A stretch of DNA of 64,000 nt from Chloroflexia bacterium (GTDB taxonomy: Bacteria; Chloroflexota; Chloroflexia; Thermomicrobiales; UBA6265): assembly GCA_043427975.1 (NCBI GenBank), contig JBHWTK010000026.1:915-64914 (forward strand), written 5' to 3'. Below, in pieces: positions 44,529 through 52,587 of this stretch. Under the pieces are notes generated by a model, which made no database searches, had not been told where the DNA came from, and was given only the letters and a program-made list of their open reading frames with translations. The first letter of the stretch is position 1. Each line of letters opens with the position of its first letter. The position numbers and the translations under genes are program-made.

Positions 44529-44610
44529 GCCGATGACCAGACGATCCCGTCGTCCCGGACTGTGTGGGCGGGCGTCGGGGCCGATGGCAGGACGGGAAGT
44601 TCCCCACCAT

Positions 44611-44653
44611 GCCCGCCCATGCAGGATCGTGCCGATCCTTGGGACGGGCCTAC
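44611..44653. repeat. Solo REP (reverse orientation) of the GTAGGCCCGTCC family
   Basis: The reverse complement reads GTAGGCCCGTCCCAAGGATCGGCACGATCCTGCATGGGCGGGC. Lies 14 nt beyond the terminase-like gene stop. Confidence 0.7.
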
Positions 44654-44666
44654 GCATGTATGGCAA

Positions 44667-46109
44667 TCATGTCCCCACCGCAATCCGGGGCCGGGGATCG
44701 AGATCGTCCAGCGCGGCAACGAGGGCAGCACTGAGCACCAGGTCATCATGACCAACATGGGCAGGCACGCCCCATTGCATGGTGTTACCTGGTCCGCGGC
44801 GCACCTCGTACTCCGTGGCAGCCAGCTGGGCATAGAACTCGTTCGTCAGCGCGTCCCCATCATCCGCATAGTCACGGAACCGCCCGGTTTCGATGAGCCC
44901 GATGAAATCCCATCCAAGGCGGCTCTTGCTGGCAGCCGAAAACACAAACGGCACCACGCGAATGCCGGTGCGGCGCAAGCTGGCCTCAAGGAAACTGGCC
45001 AGGCCCGCCCCAATGCCGGTGGAATCCACCACGATCCAGTTCGACCGCCATACATGCCGGGCCAGTTCCACGATATGCGCATGCAGGTCGGCGTGGCGGA
45101 TGCCGGTCCATGCCCGGCGATCGATAACGCGGTACACGGGCCGGGTGTCGGCGCGGCTGCGGGTATCCACCTCCACCACCGTGAGCGCCGTGCTATCGCG
45201 GCGACTGGTGCTGAAACTGTCAATACCGCCGCCGTGTTCTTCCTCGCCGGCAACATCCAGCAGCAGGGCGTAGCGCTTGCCGGGTTCGGCGCGGTACCGG
45301 CGTGGATGGTCGCCGCGCATCATCGCCAGGCGATGCGGCGGGAACAGGCTTTGCTGGCCATCCAGTTCTTCCAGGAAATACTCGGTGCGCACAAATGGAT
45401 GCTGCTCACCCAATTGGGCGATACGGCTCTGCACCCGCATGCCATAGGCGGGAACATCCTGCGCCACACGTTGCCATGGCACCACGAACACCCGTTGTAA
45501 TCCGTCGGCATGCTGCTTTTCGCGCAGGTAGCGCATCTGGCGGGCGAGCAATGTTTCGCGCGTCCAGACCGTGCCGAGGAAGAGAGTGGTTGCGTTGGTG
45601 GATGCCGCCATTGGATCGAACACTGCATCCCACACTGCCGGGCGGATATCCTGCGATTCGTTGGCGATAAGGCCGAGATCGGCAGTGAGGCCGCGCGCAT
45701 TGGCAGTACGGGCTGCCGAAACGAACACCGCCTGCGCGTTCCCGACACTGATGCTGCGGTCGCGCACGCGTACCAGTGGCGCGGTGATGGGGTTGGCCAG
45801 CAGCCGGTCGCACAGGCGGTCACGGCTAATCAGCGCCTGCGGCCGGAGGGTAGGGGCGGCCACCACAATGGTGCCGCCACGGGTTGCGTTACGCAGCAGC
45901 ACCCAGGCAATGATCTGGGCCAGTGTTTCATCCTTGCCGGCCTGGCGGCTGAACACCAGCGCAAATTGTTCGCCACTGCGGGCCAGCAGGTGCCGCGCCA
46001 GGGGACGTGCCGCCTCCAGCTGGTACCCGCGCATGGCGAACTGCGGCAGCCCGACCCGGCTAAAGCTGCCGATATCGCGCAGGGCAGCATGGAGCGGGCT
46101 TACACCCAT
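44667..46109 (-). CDS. Phage terminase large subunit-like protein (ATPase + RNaseH-like nuclease)
   Basis: Walker A-like FSRQAGKDE, Walker B-like LGLIANES, nuclease-domain Asp motifs LLLDVAG, WIVVDSTGIG and HDDLVLS. 480 aa with no frameshifts. Confidence 0.8.
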   Translation of the reverse strand: MGVSPLHAALRDIGSFSRVGLPQFAMRGYQLEAARPLARHLLARSGEQFALVFSRQAGKDETLAQIIAWVLLRNATRGGTIVVAAPTLRPQALISRDRLCDRLLANPITAPLVRVRDRSISVGNAQAVFVSAARTANARGLTADLGLIANESQDIRPAVWDAVFDPMAASTNATTLFLGTVWTRETLLARQMRYLREKQHADGLQRVFVVPWQRVAQDVPAYGMRVQSRIAQLGEQHPFVRTEYFLEELDGQQSLFPPHRLAMMRGDHPRRYRAEPGKRYALLLDVAGEEEHGGGIDSFSTSRRDSTALTVVEVDTRSRADTRPVYRVIDRRAWTGIRHADLHAHIVELARHVWRSNWIVVDSTGIGAGLASFLEASLRRTGIRVVPFVFSAASKSRLGWDFIGLIETGRFRDYADDGDALTNEFYAQLAATEYEVRRGPGNTMQWGVPAHVGHDDLVLSAALVAALDDLDPRPRIAVGT

Positions 46110-46291
46110 TGCAACAGCACATCCAGCAGCACGCTGGTGATTACAAGATAGAAAATGGCGTTGGTGCGGCTGCGCACCTCATCCAGGCTGGCGGCGAGTT
46201 GCTCCACCTTCTCGCGGGTAACCACCTCGTATGTGGAACGTGGTTGGAGATCAATGGCCGGGGCGGTGATGCGGGTGGGAATGGTTACCAT
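46100..46291 (-). CDS. Small tail-anchored membrane protein (63 aa)
   Basis: ATG 46291 has GAGGAGG 8 nt upstream. C-terminal TM helix AIFYLVITSVLLDVLLQWV. 10-nt overlap with the terminase-like gene. Confidence 0.55.
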   Translation of the reverse strand: MVTIPTRITAPAIDLQPRSTYEVVTREKVEQLAASLDEVRSRTNAIFYLVITSVLLDVLLQWV

Positions 46292-46629
46292 GGTGTTGCC
46301 TCCTCGTGTTCGACGTCGGTGAGCAGCTTGCGGATTTTGTCCGCCAGTTCGGGCTCCTGCGCGCTGTCCAGCGCGGCCTGGATACGGGCTGTGGTGGTGG
46401 CCACGCTCACGATGCGGGGAATGTGCTTGCATAGGGTCTCCAGGTCGTCTACCTCGGTCGTTACCCGCATCAGCAGGCGCCGCATCGCATTCCGCTCTGC
46501 GGCGAGGGTTTTTTCAGGTACGGCATCGGGCGTTGGGGAAAAGGGTCTTTCAGGCACGGCATCGGGCTCTGGGGCACAGGGCCTTTCAGGAACGGCATCC
46601 GGCTTTGATGCGTAGGGATGTTGGGGCAT
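46285..46629 (-). CDS. Small acidic protein with 3 x 12-aa N-terminal repeats (114 aa)
   Basis: ATG 46629 has GGAGGA 7 nt upstream. Repeats of PDAVPE(R/K)P-type 12-mers. 7-nt overlap with the next ORF. Confidence 0.55.
   Translation of the reverse strand: MPQHPYASKPDAVPERPCAPEPDAVPERPFSPTPDAVPEKTLAAERNAMRRLLMRVTTEVDDLETLCKHIPRIVSVATTTARIQAALDSAQEPELADKIRKLLTDVEHEEATPW
46513..46620. repeat. 36-bp tandem repeat x3 (within the 114-aa ORF)
   Basis: Units start at 46513, 46549 and 46585 (TTCAGGnACGGCATCGGGC...). The period is a multiple of 3. Confidence 0.8.
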
Positions 46630-46796
46630 GGGAATTCCTCCGGGTGGGATCGGTGTCGCCTACTTCCTATACGCATCGGAGGGGAACCAGCCAGCAGCGG
46701 GTGGCGTTGGATGTAACAGAGACGGTGGATACACTGTCGAAGGATTACCTGGGCGAAGGCTGATTTAATCGCCCATATCTATAGGGAGGACACAGG

Positions 46797-47798
46797 ATGC
46801 GACGACTGTTAACCGTACTCATTGCTGCAGGCATGCTCATGTCGGGCATGTTGGCAGCATCCGCACAGGAAGCCGGTAGCGCTGTTGCGACCGGAACAGG
46901 CTCACCCGTGACGTGGATCGATGAGCGTGGCAACGAAATCGCCACCATGCAGGTCACGGATGTTGAGAACGACTGGCAGGGATACGGAGAGTATTACGAA
47001 CCGGAGCGTGGATACATCTATGTCGCGGTAACCTTCGAGGTTTCCAACATCTCCGGGTCGTCGCTGGTTGTGGGCGCGTACGATTTCAGCATGATGGATG
47101 CGGAAGGCCGCAATAACGGTCGTTCATTCGTCTCCGTTGATGAAGGTTCCGATGAGCAGTTGTTCGAGGAAGATGCCGCAGTAGCCGACGGTGAGACCGT
47201 TGAGCTGAAGCAGGTCTTCGAGGTACCCAATGCGGTGCCGGCCGCCGCCTTTGTCTGGCAGCCGGATAGTGGCGTGCTGTTGATTGTTGATATCAGCGAA
47301 GGTGCCCTGGAGAACAGCGCCCTTGCCAATGGCCTGAACACCCCCGCCACCTGGACCGATGAGCGTGGCAACCCGGTAGCCACCATTGAGGTAACCGGCA
47401 TCAACCCCGATTGGCAGGATTACGGCGAGTACTACGAGCCAGAGCGCGGCATGGTGTACGTGGCCATCGATTTCAAGGTGACCAACGTATCTTCATCCAA
47501 CTTCGTCCTCGAGAACTACGATTTCAGCCTGCTGGATAACACCGGCATGAACAACCCCCGCACCTGGGCCGAGCCCGCAGAGGATGCGGATCCGATCTTC
47601 AGCGAAGATGTGGCGATTGCCGCCGGCGAAACCTACGAGGGAACCATCGTGTTCGCCGTCTACGATGATCTCGAGCCGTCGGTGCTTGTGTGGCAGCCGG
47701 AATCGGGCGTGCTTCACTTCGTGATGCTCGGTGAGGGCAGCCAGGGTGCCCCGGGCAGTGTCCCGGCGGGTACACCGGCCGCAACCCCGGCGGGTTAA
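46797..47798 (+). CDS. Secreted protein with two tandem DUF4352-like domains (paralog 1)
   Basis: Signal peptide MRRLLTVLIAAGMLMSGMLAASAQE. Two ~140-aa repeats (W.DERGN..AT..VT...DWQ.YGEYYEPERG..YVA..F.V.N.S...). GGGAGGA RBS. Confidence 0.8.
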   Translation: MRRLLTVLIAAGMLMSGMLAASAQEAGSAVATGTGSPVTWIDERGNEIATMQVTDVENDWQGYGEYYEPERGYIYVAVTFEVSNISGSSLVVGAYDFSMMDAEGRNNGRSFVSVDEGSDEQLFEEDAAVADGETVELKQVFEVPNAVPAAAFVWQPDSGVLLIVDISEGALENSALANGLNTPATWTDERGNPVATIEVTGINPDWQDYGEYYEPERGMVYVAIDFKVTNVSSSNFVLENYDFSLLDNTGMNNPRTWAEPAEDADPIFSEDVAIAAGETYEGTIVFAVYDDLEPSVLVWQPESGVLHFVMLGEGSQGAPGSVPAGTPAATPAG

Positions 47799-47827
47799 TC
47801 GCTTACGGGCGCGATCTGAATGACCAT

Positions 47828-47863
47828 ATAACTGCCGGCGTGAACTTGCACGCCGGCAGTTAT
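47828..47863 (+). terminator. Terminator of paralog 1
   Basis: ATAACTGCCGGCGTG-AACTTG-CACGCCGGCAGTTAT, 15-bp perfect stem. Weak T-tail. Confidence 0.6.
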
Positions 47864-47895
47864 CGTTCCTGAACCCAGCACACAAAGCCCACCCG

Positions 47896-47909
47896 TATGC
47901 TAGTGTGGA
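47896..47909 (+). promoter_or_regulatory. Conserved 14-mer upstream of paralog 2
   Basis: TATGCTAGTGTGGA, 55 nt before ATG 47964. An identical 14-mer occurs before paralog 3. Confidence 0.45.
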
Positions 47910-47963
47910 TTCACACCATGAGGAGTTATCTAACATTCCGTTCGGGCGGAAGGAGGAGCCGTT

Positions 47964-48950
47964 ATGAGCCGCATCCTGTGTCTTGCGATGCTGTTTGCGC
48001 TGATGTCCGCGCTGCTGCCGGTTTCCGCGCAGGAGACGGGAACCGCTGTCGGTGCCGGGCTGAATACGCCCGTAACGTGGGTCGACCAGCGCGGGAACGC
48101 GGTCGCCACCATGCAGGTCACGGATGTGGAGAACGACTGGCAGGGATACAGGGAGGCTTACGAACCAGAACGTGGATACATCTATGTCGCAGTGACGTTC
48201 GAGGTGACCAACCTCTCCGGCGCGCCCCTTCATATCAACGTGTTCGGTTTCAGCGTGATGGATGTCGAGGGTCGCACCGACCAACGCGCGTTTGTGGCGG
48301 TGCCGGATGATTCCGACGAGCAATTATTTGAAGAGGATATTGAGCTTGCCGATGGCGAGACGGCTGAACTCAAGCAGGTATTCAGGGTTCCGGCCAACGT
48401 TCCAGTGGCGGCGTTTGTGTGGCAGCCGGAGAACGGCGTGCTGTTGCTGGTGGATATCCGCGAAGGTGCCACGGAGAACAGTGCCCTTGCCGTTGGCCTG
48501 AACACCCCGGCCACCCTCACGGATGATCGGGGCAACCCGATCGCCACCATTGAGGTGACGGGCATCAACCCCGATTGGCAGGATTACGCCGAGGTCTACG
48601 CGCCCGATAGGGGCAAGGTTCACGTAGCCCTCGATGTCAGCGTCACGAATGTCTCGTCTACGGAGTTCACCCTGGAACCGTTCTACTTCAGCCTGGTAGA
48701 TTCGACCGGCATGAATAACGGCCGGAGCGGGGCGATGGCGGATGAAGGCAAGGATCCTGTTTTCAGCGAACCTGTCCCGATCGCGCCCGGCGACACCTAC
48801 CAGGGCACCATGGTGTTCACCATCTACGCCGACCTGCAGCCTGCCGTTTTGGCCTGGCAGCCGGATTCCGGCCTGATGCACTTTATCGTTCTCACCACGG
48901 CCGACCAGGCGCTTCCGGCCGGTACACCTGCTGCAACGCCGCAAGGTTAG
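47964..48950 (+). CDS. Secreted protein with two tandem DUF4352-like domains (paralog 2)
   Basis: Signal peptide MSRILCLAMLFALMSALLPVSAQE. Same two-repeat layout as 46797-47798. GGAAGGAGGAG RBS. Confidence 0.8.
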   Translation: MSRILCLAMLFALMSALLPVSAQETGTAVGAGLNTPVTWVDQRGNAVATMQVTDVENDWQGYREAYEPERGYIYVAVTFEVTNLSGAPLHINVFGFSVMDVEGRTDQRAFVAVPDDSDEQLFEEDIELADGETAELKQVFRVPANVPVAAFVWQPENGVLLLVDIREGATENSALAVGLNTPATLTDDRGNPIATIEVTGINPDWQDYAEVYAPDRGKVHVALDVSVTNVSSTEFTLEPFYFSLVDSTGMNNGRSGAMADEGKDPVFSEPVPIAPGDTYQGTMVFTIYADLQPAVLAWQPDSGLMHFIVLTTADQALPAGTPAATPQG

Positions 48951-48985
48951 GCGTGTTGCCTGGCATCACGGTGGAATCACCGCGG

Positions 48986-49028
48986 CAACTACCGGGGTGC
49001 ATACGCATCCCGGTGGTTGTGATTAATA
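48986..49028 (+). terminator. Terminator of paralog 2
   Basis: CAACTACCGGG-(12-nt loop)-CCCGGTGGTTG, 11-bp stem with one G-U, followed by TGATTAAT. Confidence 0.5.
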
Positions 49029-49067
49029 GCCCGCCAGCCTGCGATAGATCCCAATTTCACCGGTCGT

Positions 49068-49081
49068 TATGCTAGTGTGGA
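49068..49081 (+). promoter_or_regulatory. Conserved 14-mer upstream of paralog 3
   Basis: TATGCTAGTGTGGA, 57 nt before ATG 49138. Confidence 0.45.
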
Positions 49082-49137
49082 AGTACATCACGTACACCCG
49101 CTTCCGTATACATATGTGTGTTGAAGGAGTGATCGCC

Positions 49138-49650
49138 ATGAAAGGTATGGTTCGTTTGCTGATCATGCTTGCGCTGCTCGTTTCTCCGGCACTGGTTGCC
49201 TCTGCCCAAACGCCAGTCGTTACCTCGGGTGAACCTCAGGCGTTCGCTTCCGGGGTTGGCCAGCCCGCCACGTTTTTCGATGATCGCGGTAACCCGATCC
49301 TTGAGGTGGTAGTCACCGGGATGGAAATGGACTGGCAGGACTACGACGAGATGTATCCGCCGGACCGTGGCATGGTGTACGTGAAGATCGATTTCACCTT
49401 CACCAACCTCACCGACAGCGCCGAGACGATCATGCCCTATAGCATCATGCTGATCGATTCCACAGGCCTCATGCTGAACCAGGCCTATATGCCAGACAAT
49501 CCGGACATCATGATCGAGGACATCCCGCTGGATGCCGGGGGCACCGTGGAAGGCAGCCTGATCTTCTCGGCCTACCAGGAGTTCGAGCCGATAATGGTGA
49601 TGTGGCAACCGGAGTACACCCAGTACGTGTTTATCCATCTCGGCGAGTAA
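49138..49650 (+). CDS. Secreted single-domain DUF4352-like protein (paralog 3)
   Basis: ATG 49138 after GAAGGAG. Signal peptide MKGMVRLLIMLALLVSPALVASAQ. One repeat unit homologous to paralogs 1 and 2. Confidence 0.75.
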   Translation: MKGMVRLLIMLALLVSPALVASAQTPVVTSGEPQAFASGVGQPATFFDDRGNPILEVVVTGMEMDWQDYDEMYPPDRGMVYVKIDFTFTNLTDSAETIMPYSIMLIDSTGLMLNQAYMPDNPDIMIEDIPLDAGGTVEGSLIFSAYQEFEPIMVMWQPEYTQYVFIHLGE

Positions 49651-49674
49651 CTGCCGCCAACAGCCAGCATGCAA

Positions 49675-49710
49675 ACAGGGGTCCCCATGGGAAATGGGGA
49701 CCCCTGTTCT
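49675..49710. terminator. Bidirectional terminator between convergent genes
   Basis: ACAGGGGTCCCCA-TGGGAAA-TGGGGACCCCTGT, 13-bp perfect stem, followed by TCTGGTTGG. Confidence 0.7.
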
Positions 49711-49734
49711 GGTTGGTACGCGTCCTGGTAATGC

Positions 49735-51252
49735 CTAGTCCTCGGAGCGGCGCACCACGAAGGCGGACATCATGATGGTCACGATACATCCGGCAGCAAT
49801 GAGCACGGTCATGGGCATCGCACTGGTACCGCCGGCACCGGTGCTCGGCAGCGCTGATACGGTGGGCTCTGCCGCGACCGTAGACGTCGCAGTTGATTGT
49901 GTGCCCTGGGTGGGGGCGGCCGTAGCGGGTACGACCGTGCCGGTTGCAGGTGCGACGGGAGGAGCGGGAACCTGCAATACCATCTCGCGAGTGGTGCCAT
50001 CGACCGTCAGCAGGAACTCAATTGGGGTCCTGCCCTCGGGGCGAATCACCAACTGGTAGGTCCCGTACGGGATGTCGGCCAGCTGGATCGTGTTGTTTGC
50101 ACCCACAATGCCCGAACGATATGGCTGCACCGCCGCCTGCGAAGCGACTGGCGCGTAGAGATCCCACGGCACCCCTGAGATGTTCTCGCCGTTTGGCATG
50201 GCGATACGGAGGGTCATCGTCGGCAGGTTTGGCGTAACCGTCGGCGTCTCAACGGTGGTGCTGGTGGGCGTTACACCCGGTTCGCTGGTGGACGTCGGCA
50301 CGACCGTTTCTGTGGCTGTCGGCTCGATGGTGGGCGATGGGGTCACACCAGGTTCCGACGTAGCAGCGGACGTTGGAGACGGTTCTATTGTGGCTGTTGG
50401 CGATGGTTCAGCCGTGGCCGTTGGCGATGGTTCAGTTGTCGCTGTTGGCGATGGTTCAGTTGTCGCTGTTGGTTCCGGTGTATTGGTTGGTGTTGGCTCC
50501 GGCGTATTCGTCGGAGTCGGCTCCGGTGTATTGGTTGGGGTCGGCTCCGGTGTATTGGTCGGAGTTGGCTCCGGCGTGTTGGTTGGAGTTGGCTCCGGCG
50601 TGTTGGTTGGCGTGGGTTCCGGTGTATTGGTTGGGGTCGGCTCCGGCGTGTTGGTTGGAGTGGGCACTGGTGTATTGGTCGGGGTCGGCTCTGGCGTGTT
50701 GGTTGGCGTGGGTTCCGGTGTATTGGTAGGTTCTGGTGTGGGTACTGGCAGGGAAGCAACCACGCAGCGAACCTCGCGGAAGGAGACGCCCGATACCGCG
50801 CCGCCCGTCATGCTGTCGATCACCGAGCCGCTGATGTAATACCGCACCGTCGTACCCGGAGCCGGGCTGCCGTAGCCAAAGCCCGTTCCGGCACTATAGC
50901 TGAGCGTGACCGTGCCATCGAAGGTCGATTGGACGTACGGGTTGGCGGTGGTGAAGTAAAACGTGCCGTTTACCGAGATAGGCGTGAGCATGGCGTTGTA
51001 TCGTGGGTCACCCGTCGGCTGAACGGTCGTCTTCAGGTAGAAATCCTGGTGGTACACACCGTTTTCCCAGCGACCGGGGCCACAGGAAAACGCATCGACA
51101 GTTGCCTGGCCGCTACCGTTCCATTGGGCACTGGCTGACAATGGCAACATTACGAGCAGCATAATGACTGCCGCCGCGGCACGCAGGCCGGACGCTCGTT
51201 CTCTGGTCACTCTTCTCTTCCCCCAGCTTGTCCGTAGGTACGAGATCCCCAT
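49735..51252 (-). CDS. LPXTG-anchored surface protein with Pro/Thr-rich repeat stalk
   Basis: Signal peptide; ~125-aa N-terminal domain; 11 x PTPTNTPE repeats plus 4 x SPTATxEP; Ig/CarboxypepD_reg-like domain. C-terminal LPSTG + hydrophobic helix + RRSED sorting signal. Confidence 0.85.
   Translation of the reverse strand: MGISYLRTSWGKRRVTRERASGLRAAAAVIMLLVMLPLSASAQWNGSGQATVDAFSCGPGRWENGVYHQDFYLKTTVQPTGDPRYNAMLTPISVNGTFYFTTANPYVQSTFDGTVTLSYSAGTGFGYGSPAPGTTVRYYISGSVIDSMTGGAVSGVSFREVRCVVASLPVPTPEPTNTPEPTPTNTPEPTPTNTPVPTPTNTPEPTPTNTPEPTPTNTPEPTPTNTPEPTPTNTPEPTPTNTPEPTPTNTPEPTPTNTPEPTATTEPSPTATTEPSPTATAEPSPTATIEPSPTSAATSEPGVTPSPTIEPTATETVVPTSTSEPGVTPTSTTVETPTVTPNLPTMTLRIAMPNGENISGVPWDLYAPVASQAAVQPYRSGIVGANNTIQLADIPYGTYQLVIRPEGRTPIEFLLTVDGTTREMVLQVPAPPVAPATGTVVPATAAPTQGTQSTATSTVAAEPTVSALPSTGAGGTSAMPMTVLIAAGCIVTIMMSAFVVRRSED
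50471..50734. repeat. 24-bp tandem repeat x11 (coding, PT stalk)
   Basis: Units GG(C/T)TCCGG(T/C)GT(A/G)TTGGT(T/C)GG(N)GT(N) begin at 50471 and recur every 24 nt to 50734. A second 24-bp repeat type precedes it (~50376-50470). Confidence 0.9.
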
Positions 51253-51472
51253 GGAGTGGTCGCGTGCCTACGGGCCAACTTTACAAAAAGCCCAATACAA
51301 TTAGTGTATCCGTGGGATAGTACCACGGTATTAACAGATTGATAGGGTCTTTTCCCGCATTTTTCGCATGAAGGGTATCCGTTCAGAACTGGACACCCCG
51401 ATGCGAGTACACTTGGGGCAGATAGATGTAATGCCGGGTGGATAAAGATGTTCCCGCGCGGCAGGCGGTAAT

Positions 51473-52453
51473 GTGATGGCCGCCAATGTGATTGACCATT
51501 ATGAGGGACATTCTGTGACAGATATGACGCCAGGGTTGGCATTCCCGGGTGATGCCAGTGAGCTTGCAGTTTTCGTTGACTTCGAGAATATTCGCTATTC
51601 CACCATCAACTCGTTTGGCCGGGAACCGGATCCGCTGTTGTGGCGCGATATGGCCATGAAGCACGGCCTGATGGGTGTATCCCGCGCCTATGCCGATTTC
51701 GACCAGCACCCGGAGGCGGTACGCACCCGCCTGGATGTGGCCGGTTTTGAGGCGTTCCACTATCCGGCCAAGCGCGTAACCGATGCAACCGGCCGCGAGC
51801 GCTACACCAGCCGCAGCGACCTGAATATGGCGGTGGATATCATCAACACCGCGCTGGCACGTCCCGATATCAACACGTTCATGATCTTCAGTGGCGACAA
51901 GGATTTCATCCGCCTCGTCACCACGCTGCGTAACCGGCTTGGCAAGCGCGTGATCATCGCCGGGGTCCCGGGGTCGGTGAGCCCTGAACTGGTGGCGGCG
52001 GCTGGAGAGAGCGACCTGATCGAGATGGAGCCGAGCGCCGATGTCGATGCAGCGGTAATCGAGGCCATCGATACCTACATCCGCCAGCTCCACGATGGCT
52101 TCGTGCCCACCCAAAGCCACATGAGCCGCACGCTGTGGCGCTTCCTCGATCGTTCCCTGTTGCCCAGCGAGCATATCGAGGCCAAGGTGATGGAGTTCCT
52201 GCGCAAGGGCGTGCTTACCAAGCGCCAGACCATTAACGGCCAGGGGCAGGAACTAGTCACCACCGAGCTGAACCCTGAACACCCGCTGGTGGTGCAAGTG
52301 CTGGGTGAACGCCCGGCGGCGCAGAACGATACCACCATGCGCGATATCGAGCCGCAACCGCAGCCCGCGCACCATGCGGCCCAGGAGCCTGCACCTGAAC
52401 GGGCCTACCAGCGCCGGTTTGCTCCTACTACTCGCGGGCTGAACCGGCGGTAA
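51473..52453 (+). CDS. NYN (LabA-like) domain protein with C-terminal helical domain
   Basis: LAVFVDFENIRYS...SRAYADF...DLNMAVDIINTA...TFMIFSGDKDFIRLVTTLRNRLGKRVIIAG is the NYN/LabA nuclease-fold pattern. GTG/ATG start at 51473/51476. Confidence 0.83.
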   Translation: MMAANVIDHYEGHSVTDMTPGLAFPGDASELAVFVDFENIRYSTINSFGREPDPLLWRDMAMKHGLMGVSRAYADFDQHPEAVRTRLDVAGFEAFHYPAKRVTDATGRERYTSRSDLNMAVDIINTALARPDINTFMIFSGDKDFIRLVTTLRNRLGKRVIIAGVPGSVSPELVAAAGESDLIEMEPSADVDAAVIEAIDTYIRQLHDGFVPTQSHMSRTLWRFLDRSLLPSEHIEAKVMEFLRKGVLTKRQTINGQGQELVTTELNPEHPLVVQVLGERPAAQNDTTMRDIEPQPQPAHHAAQEPAPERAYQRRFAPTTRGLNRR

Positions 52454-52515
52454 CCAGTTTCCAGAATCCCGGCCTGTGTACACGCTGTAGCTGCAGGCGT
52501 GGCATTCTGCTTGCC

Positions 52516-52543
52516 TTGCACGATTTAAGGCCTGCGGTACACT
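52516..52543 (+). promoter_or_regulatory. Possible promoter of the ABC exporter operon
   Basis: TTGCAC (52516-21), 16-nt spacer, TACACT (52538-43), 45 nt before GTG 52588. Confidence 0.35.
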
Positions 52544-52587
52544 CAAAATCCGGGTAGTCCTGCCCGTGTTCCCCTGGAGATCCCTTC

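Noticed and set aside
50180-50839. Plus-strand 219-aa ORF with GVGSGVLV repeats.
   Set aside because: It is the antisense reading of the 24-bp PT-repeat stalk of the LPXTG protein. It exists only because the repeat lacks stops on both strands.
44667-51252. Intact prophage or genomic island anchored on the terminase-like gene.
   Set aside because: No portal, capsid, tail, integrase, lysis or tRNA/att features are visible. The neighbours are cellular envelope genes with the same GC content, so only a remnant or domesticated module can be claimed.
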